NCBI GenBank assembly: GCA_038231275.1
Contig: JBBRLQ010000001.1
Span: forward strand, 703,307 to 767,306
Origin: Polyangiales bacterium
GTDB taxonomy: Bacteria > Myxococcota_A > Polyangia > Polyangiales > Polyangiaceae
DNA: 64,000 bases
Reading direction: 5' to 3'
Made by a program: the position numbers and the translations under genes. Below, piece after piece: positions 9,075-17,821 of this stretch. Within the stretch, counting starts at the first letter, position 1. Every line of letters starts with the position of its first letter. The notes under the pieces are model-generated. The model saw only the letters and a list, made by a program, of their open reading frames with translations. It made no database searches and was not told the origin of the DNA.

Positions 9075-10049
9075 GTGAAGGTCACGCTGGACGAGGTTCG
9101 GGACGCGGCGGTGCGCCTTCGGCCGCATCTCTCCGCGACCGCTCTCCGGAGCTACCCGACGCTCGACGCGGCGGTTGGCCACGGGGTTCGCGTCTTCGTG
9201 AAACACGAGAACCACCTGCCCACGGGCGCGTTCAAGGCGCGGAACGCGATGAGCGCGCTGACGCGGCTCGGCGAGGACGCGCGAGGTCGCGGCGTGATCG
9301 CGGCGACGCGTGGAAATCACGGGCAGGGGCTCGCGTGGGCAGGGGCGCGGCTCGGGATTCCGGTGACCATCTGCGTCCCGCTCGGGAACAACCCCGAGAA
9401 GAACGACGCGATCCGCGGCTTCGGTGCGCGCCTCGTCGAAGAGGGGCGTGACTACGACGAGTCGGCGGTCGTCGCGGCGCGCATCGTCGGCGAGCAGGGG
9501 CTCACCCTCGTCCACTCCACGAACAACCACGACGTCATCGCCGGCGCCGGCACGCTGGCCCTCGAGATGCTCGAAGAGCGACCGAGCCTCGACGCCATCG
9601 TCGTCGCGGTCGGCGGTGGCTCGCAGGCCGTCGGCTGCATCACCGTCGCGCGAGAGCTCGCGCCACGCGTGGGCGTCTTCGGCGTGCAGGCGGAGAAGGC
9701 GTCGGCGATCTTCCAATCGTGGACGCGCGGAGAGTCCGTGACGACCGCGAGCGCCGACACGTTCGCCGATGGGCTCGCGACGCGCTCGACCTACGAAGCG
9801 ACGTTCGGCGCGCTGCGTGAGGGGCTGGCGGGATTCGTCACGGCCACCGAGCGCGAGATCGCCTCGGCGATTCGCCTCCTGTTGGGTACGACGCACAACC
9901 TGGTGGAGGGCGCGGGGGCCGCGGGTCTCGCAGGCCTCGTGAAGCTCGCGCCGTCGCTCGCGGGGAAAGAGGTCGCGATCGTCTTGAGCGGCGGCAACAT
10001 CGATCAGGCGACGCTGGTGCGCGTGCTCACCGGCGATCTCTCGACGTAA
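9075..10049 (+). CDS. Threonine/serine dehydratase family PLP enzyme (no ACT domain)
   Basis: KHENHLPTGAFKARNA, ATRGNHG, AVGGG, EGAGAA, LSGGNID. Confidence 0.9.
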   Translation: MKVTLDEVRDAAVRLRPHLSATALRSYPTLDAAVGHGVRVFVKHENHLPTGAFKARNAMSALTRLGEDARGRGVIAATRGNHGQGLAWAGARLGIPVTICVPLGNNPEKNDAIRGFGARLVEEGRDYDESAVVAARIVGEQGLTLVHSTNNHDVIAGAGTLALEMLEERPSLDAIVVAVGGGSQAVGCITVARELAPRVGVFGVQAEKASAIFQSWTRGESVTTASADTFADGLATRSTYEATFGALREGLAGFVTATEREIASAIRLLLGTTHNLVEGAGAAGLAGLVKLAPSLAGKEVAIVLSGGNIDQATLVRVLTGDLST

Positions 10050-10080
10050 CGAGATTCGCGGAGGCGCGTTCGGTTCGCCC

Positions 10081-10716
10081 CTACGGACGGCAGACGCCGA
10101 TCGTCGGGTGACCGACGTTGATGCAGTCGGCGATCGCGCCGCAGTTGTACGTCCCGAGCTGGCAGAAGTTGGTGCAGGTGCCGGCGTAGCATTCGAAGAG
10201 GATGTCGCAGTCTTTGCCCGTCGTGCACGCCGCCTTCAAGTTGCCGCAGCCGCCTTGGTCGCACGACTCGCAGCGACCGCCGGTCGGCGACGCGAGACGG
10301 CACACGCTCAGCTGCGGGCAGCCGATCTCGGAGGCGAGCCCGGGCACGCACGGAACGCCGTTCGGATCCGGGAGGCTGAGGAGCGGGTCCATCCACCCGG
10401 CGTCGTTCGGGGGAGGCGCGCCGTCGTGCCCGGCGTCGGTGGCGCTGGAGGCATCGCCTCCGCCGTTCCCGCCGTCGCCTCCGCCGTTCCCGCTGCTACT
10501 GCCACCGTTCCCGCTGCTGCTGCCGCCGTTCCCGCTGGTTCCGCCGCTGGTTCCGCCGCTGGTTCCGCCGCTGCTCGTCGCTCCGCCGCCGTCACCTTGC
10601 GCCGCGGCGCCGACGCCGGGCAATGCGTAGCCGGGCTCGCCGACGTAGTCGCTCTGGCCTCGCGCGCACGCGGCGGCGAAGAGCGTGGCGAGGAGGACGA
10701 AAGAGAGCGGGCGCAT
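10081..10716 (-). CDS. Putative lipoprotein with Gly/Ser linker and Cys-rich domain
   Basis: Lipobox FAAAC; many Cys in the C-terminal third. Confidence 0.8.
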   Translation of the reverse strand: MRPLSFVLLATLFAAACARGQSDYVGEPGYALPGVGAAAQGDGGGATSSGGTSGGTSGGTSGNGGSSSGNGGSSSGNGGGDGGNGGGDASSATDAGHDGAPPPNDAGWMDPLLSLPDPNGVPCVPGLASEIGCPQLSVCRLASPTGGRCESCDQGGCGNLKAACTTGKDCDILFECYAGTCTNFCQLGTYNCGAIADCINVGHPTIGVCRP

Positions 10717-10775
10717 CGCGACGGAACGTCATACGCATCTGCGCAACGAACCTTCCCCACGCCGCCGCGAACCGC

Positions 10776-11564
10776 TCAGCGCGGCTGGCTCTGGCTCACG
10801 AGCATGGCGGCGAGCAGCCCGCCCACGAGGAGAAGCAGCAGCAACGTCACGAGCCACCCGTTGCGGCGTCGGCGTCGTGCGCCATCGAGCATGCCGGGCA
10901 AATCGGTGTAAAGCCCGACAGTGTCGAAGACGAGCTCCGGCGCCTGCGGCGCGATCGAGACGTGAATTGGCGGCCCGGAGGATGGCATCACGCGCGGCAC
11001 GGTCGGCGTCGTCACGAGCTCCGCGACCACGGAGGGGGCAGGGGTCGACGTCACGGCGACCGACGGAGGTGGCGGCGTCGGTGGGAGCGGCGCTGCGACG
11101 AGCGCAGCGGCGGCGGGCGCTTCGGCGACCCCCGGCAGCGTGGTCTTCTTCGCGACCGCCGCGGCCGATTGGATCGCGCGCGCGTCTCCCTCCGCGCGCT
11201 CACGCTTCTCGCGCTCGAGCGCGGAGGTCAGCTCGCGGATCTCTTTCACGAGAGGAGCCAGCGCCTCTTCGACGGCGACGCGCGCGATGGCCCGCGCCTC
11301 GCCGCGCATCTCCTCAGTCAGGCGGTGCGGGCGATGCTCGGCGGTGGTCGCGTCGGTCCAGCCGTCTTCGGGCGGCGGCCGATCGCTCGGGCGGCGCGGC
11401 ACGACAGGGGGAAGCGGCGGTGAGGCGCCGCCCGGTCCAGGCGGTGGCGGCCGCGACGCGGGACGCGCGAGAGGGACCGGCGGCGCGGCGCGAACCGGGC
11501 TCACCGCTTGGGTGGCGGGCGGTCGCGGCTGTTGCGGCCGGGGTCCTCGCGTCGGTTCGCTCAC
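10776..11564 (-). CDS. Hypothetical Pro-rich protein with coiled coil and C-terminal TM anchor
   Basis: RRRRRNGWLVTLLLLLLVGGLL; GC3 bias. Confidence 0.7.
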   Translation of the reverse strand: MSEPTRGPRPQQPRPPATQAVSPVRAAPPVPLARPASRPPPPGPGGASPPLPPVVPRRPSDRPPPEDGWTDATTAEHRPHRLTEEMRGEARAIARVAVEEALAPLVKEIRELTSALEREKRERAEGDARAIQSAAAVAKKTTLPGVAEAPAAAALVAAPLPPTPPPPSVAVTSTPAPSVVAELVTTPTVPRVMPSSGPPIHVSIAPQAPELVFDTVGLYTDLPGMLDGARRRRRNGWLVTLLLLLLVGGLLAAMLVSQSQPR

Positions 11565-11657
11565 GAGAACCAGGGTGCACCATTCGGCGCCGTCGGTCGA
11601 GCGGCATGATGCCGAGCCGCGGTGAGGTCAGGCGCGTTACCTGTCGGGTGATCGCGC

Positions 11658-14600
11658 TCAGATTTTCGGGGGCTCTTCCGGCTCGGGTGGGCCCTGAGGC
11701 GGAGCGGCTTGCGGCGGCGCTTGGGGCGGCGCCGGCGGACCATGCGGCGGTCCGTAAGGAGGCGGCCCATACGGCGGCGGCGGCCCGTAGCCCGCGACCG
11801 GCGCCATCGGCGGGCGGGGAGGCGGCTTCGGCAGAGCCTTCCATGCGCCGTCGGTCGTGAACGCGGTCCACCCCCAGCGCAGCCACCGGAGCACCGCGAG
11901 CGCCACCCACAGCGCCCACAACAGCATCACGCCGCGGTAGACGAGGATCGGCACCGACACGACCCACGCGGCCTGCGGCACGTTCCCCGCGCGATCTTGG
12001 TACCAGGCGAGGTGGCTGCCCGAGCACCCGTTGCCCTGGATCTGCATCTCCGGCGCGCCCAGCAGTCCCTGGTGCACCGAGATGACGAGCACGACCAGCG
12101 CGACCGCCGTCCAGAGCACGAGCCCGACCTGGCGGAGATCGAACGTGAGCGCGCCGCCCGGCAGGGTCGTCTTCTTCTCCCGCCATCCGAGCGCGAGCAG
12201 CCACCCCACGACGATCGCGCCGGCCGCCACGTCCACCTGCGACAGACCGATCGCCAAGAGCATCCAGTGCCACGTCTTCAGCGGCGTCCATGTCACCCGC
12301 CCGAGCGCCGCGGCGACGACGAGCAGCACCAAGAGCAAGCTCCAGAAGAGGACCGCCGGGCCCATGCGCGGCCCCCCGAGGAGCAAGATCCATCGGCCGC
12401 CCTGCGGCGCGATCGTCGTCTCCACGTTGACGCTCGGCGCGCCGAGATCGAGCTCGGGCGCGCGGAACATCGGCGCGATGCCGTCGGGCTGTCGCCACGC
12501 GAGGCGGATCGTCTGCGTGCCGGGCACGATCGGCACGGTCACCTTGCGGCCTTCTTGCCGTATCGGCTGCACCGCGCCGTTGATCGCGAGCGACTCGAGC
12601 TGCGCGCCGTCCGGCAAGGTGACGGTGTGAGGGAGACCGCGGCTCGCCCGGATCGTCAACGTCGCGCTCGCGTCGGTCGCGCGGAGGCCGGGGCTGACGT
12701 CGTAGGCGACGTGATCGATCGTGAGCGATTGCCCGGCGACGCCTTCGGGGCGCGAGATCTCGACGACCGCCTCCTCGCCGGGCCACGGCCTCCACTCCGG
12801 CAGCGCCGTCGCCGCCGTGTGCACGAACGGGATCCCCTTCGGGCTCGCGTGCCAGATCGGACCCACGTCGATGCGCCACGACTCGGTTGCCGCGAGCGAC
12901 TTGGGGGCGACGAGCTTGATCGGCGATTTTTGCTCGAGGACCGAGCGCCACGACACGTCCGTCGCGCTCGGCGCCATGTTGACGAGCGCCTTGCCCCCGA
13001 CGACGCGCACGTCCGCCGTGGTCACCGACTCGCCGGGCAGAAGCGGGACCTCGAGGACGATGGCGGCGCCCAGCGGCGTCGCCCGCACCACGCGCGTCTC
13101 CACCTGCCAGTTGAGCCCCAGGCGCAGGGTCCGCTCGATCCGCACGAACGGCGGGAGCACGCCCGGCTGCAGCGACGCGCCTGCGCCCGCCGCGCCCGCG
13201 CCATGAATGCGTGTAAACTGCAAGTTGTCGTCGGAGAGGCCGTCTTCGTGCAGACCCGCGACGGTCCATCCTTCGGCGATCGCCTCTACGCGATGTGGCT
13301 TCGTCGTCAGGGCGAGCTGGACGATCTCGCGGTCGGGCATCGGGCCTTCGACGAGGACCTGGTGGCTCCCGGCGTCGACCGCCAGCCACAGCTTCCCGCC
13401 GTCGGTGCGGAGGAGCGCCTTGGCCGGTTGTCCGTCGAGGGTGACGGAGTCCGGCGTCCACTGCTCGGGGCTCCCAGGGAGGACGAACGCGGTGCGCGCT
13501 AGCGCGTCGACGTCCATGCGCGCGCGCAGCGTCTTGCCGCGCACCTCGAGGAGCATGCGGCCGCTCGACACGCACGTCGGCTGGCAGGTCGGCGGCGCGA
13601 GCGTTCGATCGCGCAGATCGTCGAGCAGATCTTTAGGCGGGAAGCCCTGGGCGCCGGCGATGCGCGGCGCGAGCAACACCACGAGCGCGACGGCGACGGT
13701 CGCGCCGATCGCGACGCCCCTGCGGCGAAGCGCCGGCGGCAAGAAGCGATCGACGAACGGGAACATCCGCAGCACGAGCAGAACGACGAGCGCCGCGCGC
13801 AGGAAGGCGAGCGCGAGGTTCACGGCAGGCGAGAGGAGCATGAGCTTGATGCGCTGCGTGCTCTCGACCGGTCCGCTCCACTTCAGCGACACGGTCGTCC
13901 AGTTCCACTTCGGCAGGCCAGGCCCCGTCTGGACGATCGCGTTCGGATCGTAGGTCTCGGCGTTCAGCTGGAGGTAGCCGTAGGACGATCCGCGGCCGCC
14001 CTTCGACTTCTGCGCGTCAGAGCCCTGCCCTTGCGCCCACGCCTGGCGGGTCGGCGCGAGCTGCGCGGCCTGCGCGGGGACATCGCCAGCTTTCGCGGCC
14101 GGCGGCGCCGCGGGCTCGTCGTTCGCTTCGGCCTCGGCGGCCTTTGCACCGAGGTCCGCCTTCTTCGCGAGCTCGATGGGCGCCGGCTCGTTCTTGCCGT
14201 CCTGGTCGATGCTGCTTCGCGTCGCGGACACGTCGCCCACGGCGAGCGCGTCCACGGTCGTCATCATCGCGCCGGGGTTGGCGAGGGCGGGGTACATCCC
14301 CTCACGCACGTGGTGGACGAGGAAGGGGAGGCTCACGATCACGAGCACGGCCAACGCGCCGATGCGCCCGACGCGCAGCAGCTTCGACACGGCGCCGTTT
14401 GGGAGCACACGCACCAGCGCCTCGAACGCGAGCACGGCGACCCACGCCCACTTCGGCGCGTTCGCCTCGGGGAAGGTGAGCCCGAGCATCACGAGCGCGA
14501 GGCCGCCCCACGCGACGCCGTACAGACGCCCGATCGCGAGCGCGAGGACCAGCGCGAGGAACAGCTCGAACAGCGACCAGTGGCGCACCCACGTGCCGGG

Positions 14601-16016
14601 GACGTCGTCGACGCCCGAAGCGTGCAAGAGGCGCCAGCCCGGCGGCAAATGCAGCTCGCCGCTGACCTGATGGAAGTCGTGCTTCCACCCGACCGCCGGC
14701 ACGTCGCTCGGATCTCCGGTGAGCCGGCTGTCCGCGCTCACGTCGAGCGCGCCCTGGCGGATCTCGACGCCGCGAAAATTCGCGTCGCCGAGGTGCGTGA
14801 TGAACTGGTTCGCGTTCCGCGTGGATACGCGTCCGAGGACCGTGGGCGGCGCCATCTCGAGGCGCGAGTCGCGCGTGAGGGAGCCGTGGACGCTGTCCGA
14901 GATCGTGTAGCCGGAGCCGTCGAAATCGAGCCAGAGGTTTCGGACGAGCGTGAGCTGGTTCGGCGGAGGATCGGCGTCGCCACGCCGCCTCTCGACGAAG
15001 CGCATCACGTCGCCGAGCTTCATAGGGTACGCGGGCAGGCGCTTCCAGTCCGCGGGCAACGTCGTCTGCTGGGGATCGATCGCCGGCACGCCCTCGACGT
15101 CGACCACGCGCAGATCGTTCTTCGCCTCGAAGACCCACACCTCGTCGCCCTCGCGCCACGGGCCTTCGGGCTTGGGCCGTGCGAGCTCCTTCTTCACGCC
15201 CTCGCCGCGGGCGATCAGCATGATCTGCCACGTCCCCGGCCGGAGCTGCACGCGCAAGCGACCGTCCGCCTCGACGCGCGCGGGCAGCGGCGTCTCGAGC
15301 GACATCGGCACGAAGCCGTCGGGGAGCGTCTTGCCGAGGAGGACCTCGCGGCTCTTGCCGGCCACGTCGACCTCGATGCGCGTCGTAAGGACGAGCGGGA
15401 TCTCGTCGGTCACCTTGCGGTGCACGGTGATCTCGAGCTTCTCGCCCTCCTCTTTCTCTGCGCTCTTGTGAAGCCACACGACGCCGCTCGCGTCGCGGCT
15501 CGGTGCGTCGACGCGCGCGCCGCGCAGGGTGAGCGCGAGGAGGCCGGTGCTCGGGGGGATCTGGAGCGACTCGGGAGGCGAGTCCCAGAGGAACGATCCG
15601 GTGACGGTCTGATCGCCCTTGTCGAGCTCGACCTGCGGCACACCGTCACGCGCGACGACCACGCCGCGCGCGGCGCCGATCTTCACGTCGAGCGGCCAGC
15701 GCTTCTCGTCACCGGGGAGGCGCACGAGCTGCTTCGCCTCGACGTGCCACGTCTGCGTGAAGCGCCCGCCCTTCGCGTCGATGGCGAGCGCGAGCTTGCC
15801 GGGCCACGCGCACTCGCGCGCGTTCGCGTCGCCGGAGCGGAACGCGGTGCACGACTCTGCTTCGTGACCGCGCATCGCCCATGGCAACCACGGCTTGAGC
15901 TCGCCGGGTACGTCCTTGGCGTCGAGCGGCGCGGCTTCCGCGATTTGCGGAGCGCAGAAAAAAGTGAACAGCAGCGCGACCACGAGCGCGCACCATGTCT
16001 GAGTCGGGATCCGCAT
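11658..16016 (-). CDS. Very large (1452 aa) exported/multi-pass membrane protein of unknown function
   Basis: GGAGG RBS, signal peptide, alternating beta-rich and TM blocks, Pro-rich tail. Confidence 0.9.
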   Translation of the reverse strand: MRIPTQTWCALVVALLFTFFCAPQIAEAAPLDAKDVPGELKPWLPWAMRGHEAESCTAFRSGDANARECAWPGKLALAIDAKGGRFTQTWHVEAKQLVRLPGDEKRWPLDVKIGAARGVVVARDGVPQVELDKGDQTVTGSFLWDSPPESLQIPPSTGLLALTLRGARVDAPSRDASGVVWLHKSAEKEEGEKLEITVHRKVTDEIPLVLTTRIEVDVAGKSREVLLGKTLPDGFVPMSLETPLPARVEADGRLRVQLRPGTWQIMLIARGEGVKKELARPKPEGPWREGDEVWVFEAKNDLRVVDVEGVPAIDPQQTTLPADWKRLPAYPMKLGDVMRFVERRRGDADPPPNQLTLVRNLWLDFDGSGYTISDSVHGSLTRDSRLEMAPPTVLGRVSTRNANQFITHLGDANFRGVEIRQGALDVSADSRLTGDPSDVPAVGWKHDFHQVSGELHLPPGWRLLHASGVDDVPGTWVRHWSLFELFLALVLALAIGRLYGVAWGGLALVMLGLTFPEANAPKWAWVAVLAFEALVRVLPNGAVSKLLRVGRIGALAVLVIVSLPFLVHHVREGMYPALANPGAMMTTVDALAVGDVSATRSSIDQDGKNEPAPIELAKKADLGAKAAEAEANDEPAAPPAAKAGDVPAQAAQLAPTRQAWAQGQGSDAQKSKGGRGSSYGYLQLNAETYDPNAIVQTGPGLPKWNWTTVSLKWSGPVESTQRIKLMLLSPAVNLALAFLRAALVVLLVLRMFPFVDRFLPPALRRRGVAIGATVAVALVVLLAPRIAGAQGFPPKDLLDDLRDRTLAPPTCQPTCVSSGRMLLEVRGKTLRARMDVDALARTAFVLPGSPEQWTPDSVTLDGQPAKALLRTDGGKLWLAVDAGSHQVLVEGPMPDREIVQLALTTKPHRVEAIAEGWTVAGLHEDGLSDDNLQFTRIHGAGAAGAGASLQPGVLPPFVRIERTLRLGLNWQVETRVVRATPLGAAIVLEVPLLPGESVTTADVRVVGGKALVNMAPSATDVSWRSVLEQKSPIKLVAPKSLAATESWRIDVGPIWHASPKGIPFVHTAATALPEWRPWPGEEAVVEISRPEGVAGQSLTIDHVAYDVSPGLRATDASATLTIRASRGLPHTVTLPDGAQLESLAINGAVQPIRQEGRKVTVPIVPGTQTIRLAWRQPDGIAPMFRAPELDLGAPSVNVETTIAPQGGRWILLLGGPRMGPAVLFWSLLLVLLVVAAALGRVTWTPLKTWHWMLLAIGLSQVDVAAGAIVVGWLLALGWREKKTTLPGGALTFDLRQVGLVLWTAVALVVLVISVHQGLLGAPEMQIQGNGCSGSHLAWYQDRAGNVPQAAWVVSVPILVYRGVMLLWALWVALAVLRWLRWGWTAFTTDGAWKALPKPPPRPPMAPVAGYGPPPPYGPPPYGPPHGPPAPPQAPPQAAPPQGPPEPEEPPKI

Positions 16017-16188
16017 GGCTCCTCCGCGCTGTGGGACGGCCGGAGGCTAGCTTGGATCTCGAGAGCGCATCCTTTTTCCCCAGAATCGTGCTGCGCAGCT
16101 CGAGCAGATTGTTCCTTCGCGTTGCTCAACCTGCGCAATCCATGGCGCGTTGGCGACGCGAACCGCGCCGTTAGCGACCGCCGCGGGA

Positions 16189-16205
16189 TGGCACGCCTCG
16201 TGTAG
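16189..16205 (+). promoter_or_regulatory. Possible sigma54-type promoter (imperfect -12)
   Basis: TGGCAC-GCCTC-GTGTA about 55 nt upstream of the small ORF at 16258. Confidence 0.3.
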
Positions 16206-16257
16206 ATAGGATGTACAAGCGCGCTCGTTGCGCCCCCTTTGTCCCACGGAGACCGAC

Positions 16258-16371
16258 ATGGCCCTGCGATTCGATGCACCGTTCTGGGGAGTTCTGATCG
16301 CCTGCGTCTTCGCGGGCGCCTGCGCTGCGCTCATCGGCGTCGCGGCGCACGCCGCGGGCATGGGAGGCTGA
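16258..16371 (+). CDS. 37-aa single-TM small protein (not in the ORF track)
   Basis: GGAG RBS; MALRFDAPFWGVLIACVFAGACAALIGVAAHAAGMGG. Confidence 0.5.
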   Translation: MALRFDAPFWGVLIACVFAGACAALIGVAAHAAGMGG

Positions 16372-16412
16372 GGTCGGGGCTGAGGTCGTGGCTGAGGTCG
16401 GGCTGAGGTCGG
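16366..16412. repeat. Tandem repeat GGCTGAGGTCG(N), 4 copies
   Basis: Seen directly between convergent stops. Confidence 0.85.
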
Positions 16413-16417
16413 ACGAG

Positions 16418-17821
16418 TCAGCGACGCCGCACGACGCCGCGCGAGAGGAGCCGCGTCGCGATCGGCATCAGCTGCGCGGACGGGATCTTCAGCGCCTCGG
16501 CGATCGCCGCCAGGGTCGCGAAGCCATCGATGCGCGACAGTACGATGCCCTCGCGGGCTTCGAGCTTGAGCGTCGCGAGGTGGGCCTTGTTGACGGTGAT
16601 CTCGAGAACCGAGTCGATCCCAAGCGCGCCCAATCGCCCTCGCGGCGCCGGCGCGGGGGCGGGCGCAGCGGGACGGACGCTCGCGGGGCGGCGCGGCGCG
16701 TCGAGCGACTCGCTTCGCGGTGGCTCCGCACCGTCCTCCACCCGAGGATCGCGGCGCTTCGCAAGCGGCCTCTCCGAGACGCGTCCGCGCGGAGGTGATG
16801 AGATCGGCGCGGGCCGCGCCTTTTCTGCCGCCTTTCGCCTCGCCGTCGCGGCGGCCGGCATCGTCGAGCGCCTGGACCTCGGAACGGCCTCCGGCGGCGC
16901 GGGTGGTGGATGGGACGTGGGCGCGCGCGCCCTCAGCAGGAGCGGCGGCGGGATCGCCCGAACGATCGACGACACGTAGCGCCGCTCCGCTGTGTCCACC
17001 TCGGCGAGGTCGAGGCGTCGGCCCGCGTTGGTGCCGCTGAGGACGATCACCCGAGGGCGTAGCGGCTCCTTCGCGTTGGCGCGAACGACGAGCGCCGGGT
17101 CGCGGCTCGAGAGCTCCACGGTCGTCCCCGGCGGGAACACGCCGAGCGCCCGCATGAACCTCGCGACCAGGCCGACCTCGAAATATTTGCCCTCGAGCGA
17201 CAGCGCGGTCGCCAGCACCTGCTCGGGCTCGTCGCAGCGCCCGTCGATCGACGCTCGCTTGCGATCCACGAAGCTCGCAAGCGAGACGAGCCGCACCAGC
17301 GACGTCGGCGCCTCGTTCGACGCGAGCTCGGGATAACCCTTTCCGTCGACGCCGCGATGATGCTCGAGGGCCGTCGCGATCCACAGCGGCGGGCAACTCG
17401 CGGCGAGCAGGCCTCGCGCGCCGAGGACGGAGTGCTGGCGAAACACCGCCCGACCCGCCTCGTCGAGGAGAGGCTCCGGCACACCGGACAGCTCCTTGGG
17501 AAGGAGGAGATGCCCGACGTCGTGGAGCAAGGCAGCGGCGGTGATCTCGACGCAGATCTCTTGCGCGTGCTCGGCCTCGAGGGCGAGCGCCGCGGTCACG
17601 AACGCGGTGTTCGTCGCGTGCGCGGCGTGGTCGGGGAGGCCCTTCGCGTAGCTGCGGGGGTCGAGCGTGAAGGAGCGCGCGGCGACGCGGGCGACGATCT
17701 CACGGGCCTGCGCGCGCACCGTATTTTGGTTCACCTCGGCGCCGCGCTCGATCGCGCGCCCGGCGTCGGCGAGGAGCTCGTCGACCTGAGGGACGAGGAA
17801 TGTCGCGGCGTCGCCCGTCAC
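16418..17821 (-). CDS. HD-GYP domain protein (partly degenerate) with C-terminal winged-helix-like tail
   Basis: AALLHDVGH, EHHRGVDGKGYP, LGVFPPGTTVELS; GTG start overlaps the upstream stop (GTGA). Confidence 0.85.
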   Translation of the reverse strand: MTGDAATFLVPQVDELLADAGRAIERGAEVNQNTVRAQAREIVARVAARSFTLDPRSYAKGLPDHAAHATNTAFVTAALALEAEHAQEICVEITAAALLHDVGHLLLPKELSGVPEPLLDEAGRAVFRQHSVLGARGLLAASCPPLWIATALEHHRGVDGKGYPELASNEAPTSLVRLVSLASFVDRKRASIDGRCDEPEQVLATALSLEGKYFEVGLVARFMRALGVFPPGTTVELSSRDPALVVRANAKEPLRPRVIVLSGTNAGRRLDLAEVDTAERRYVSSIVRAIPPPLLLRARAPTSHPPPAPPEAVPRSRRSTMPAAATARRKAAEKARPAPISSPPRGRVSERPLAKRRDPRVEDGAEPPRSESLDAPRRPASVRPAAPAPAPAPRGRLGALGIDSVLEITVNKAHLATLKLEAREGIVLSRIDGFATLAAIAEALKIPSAQLMPIATRLLSRGVVRRR

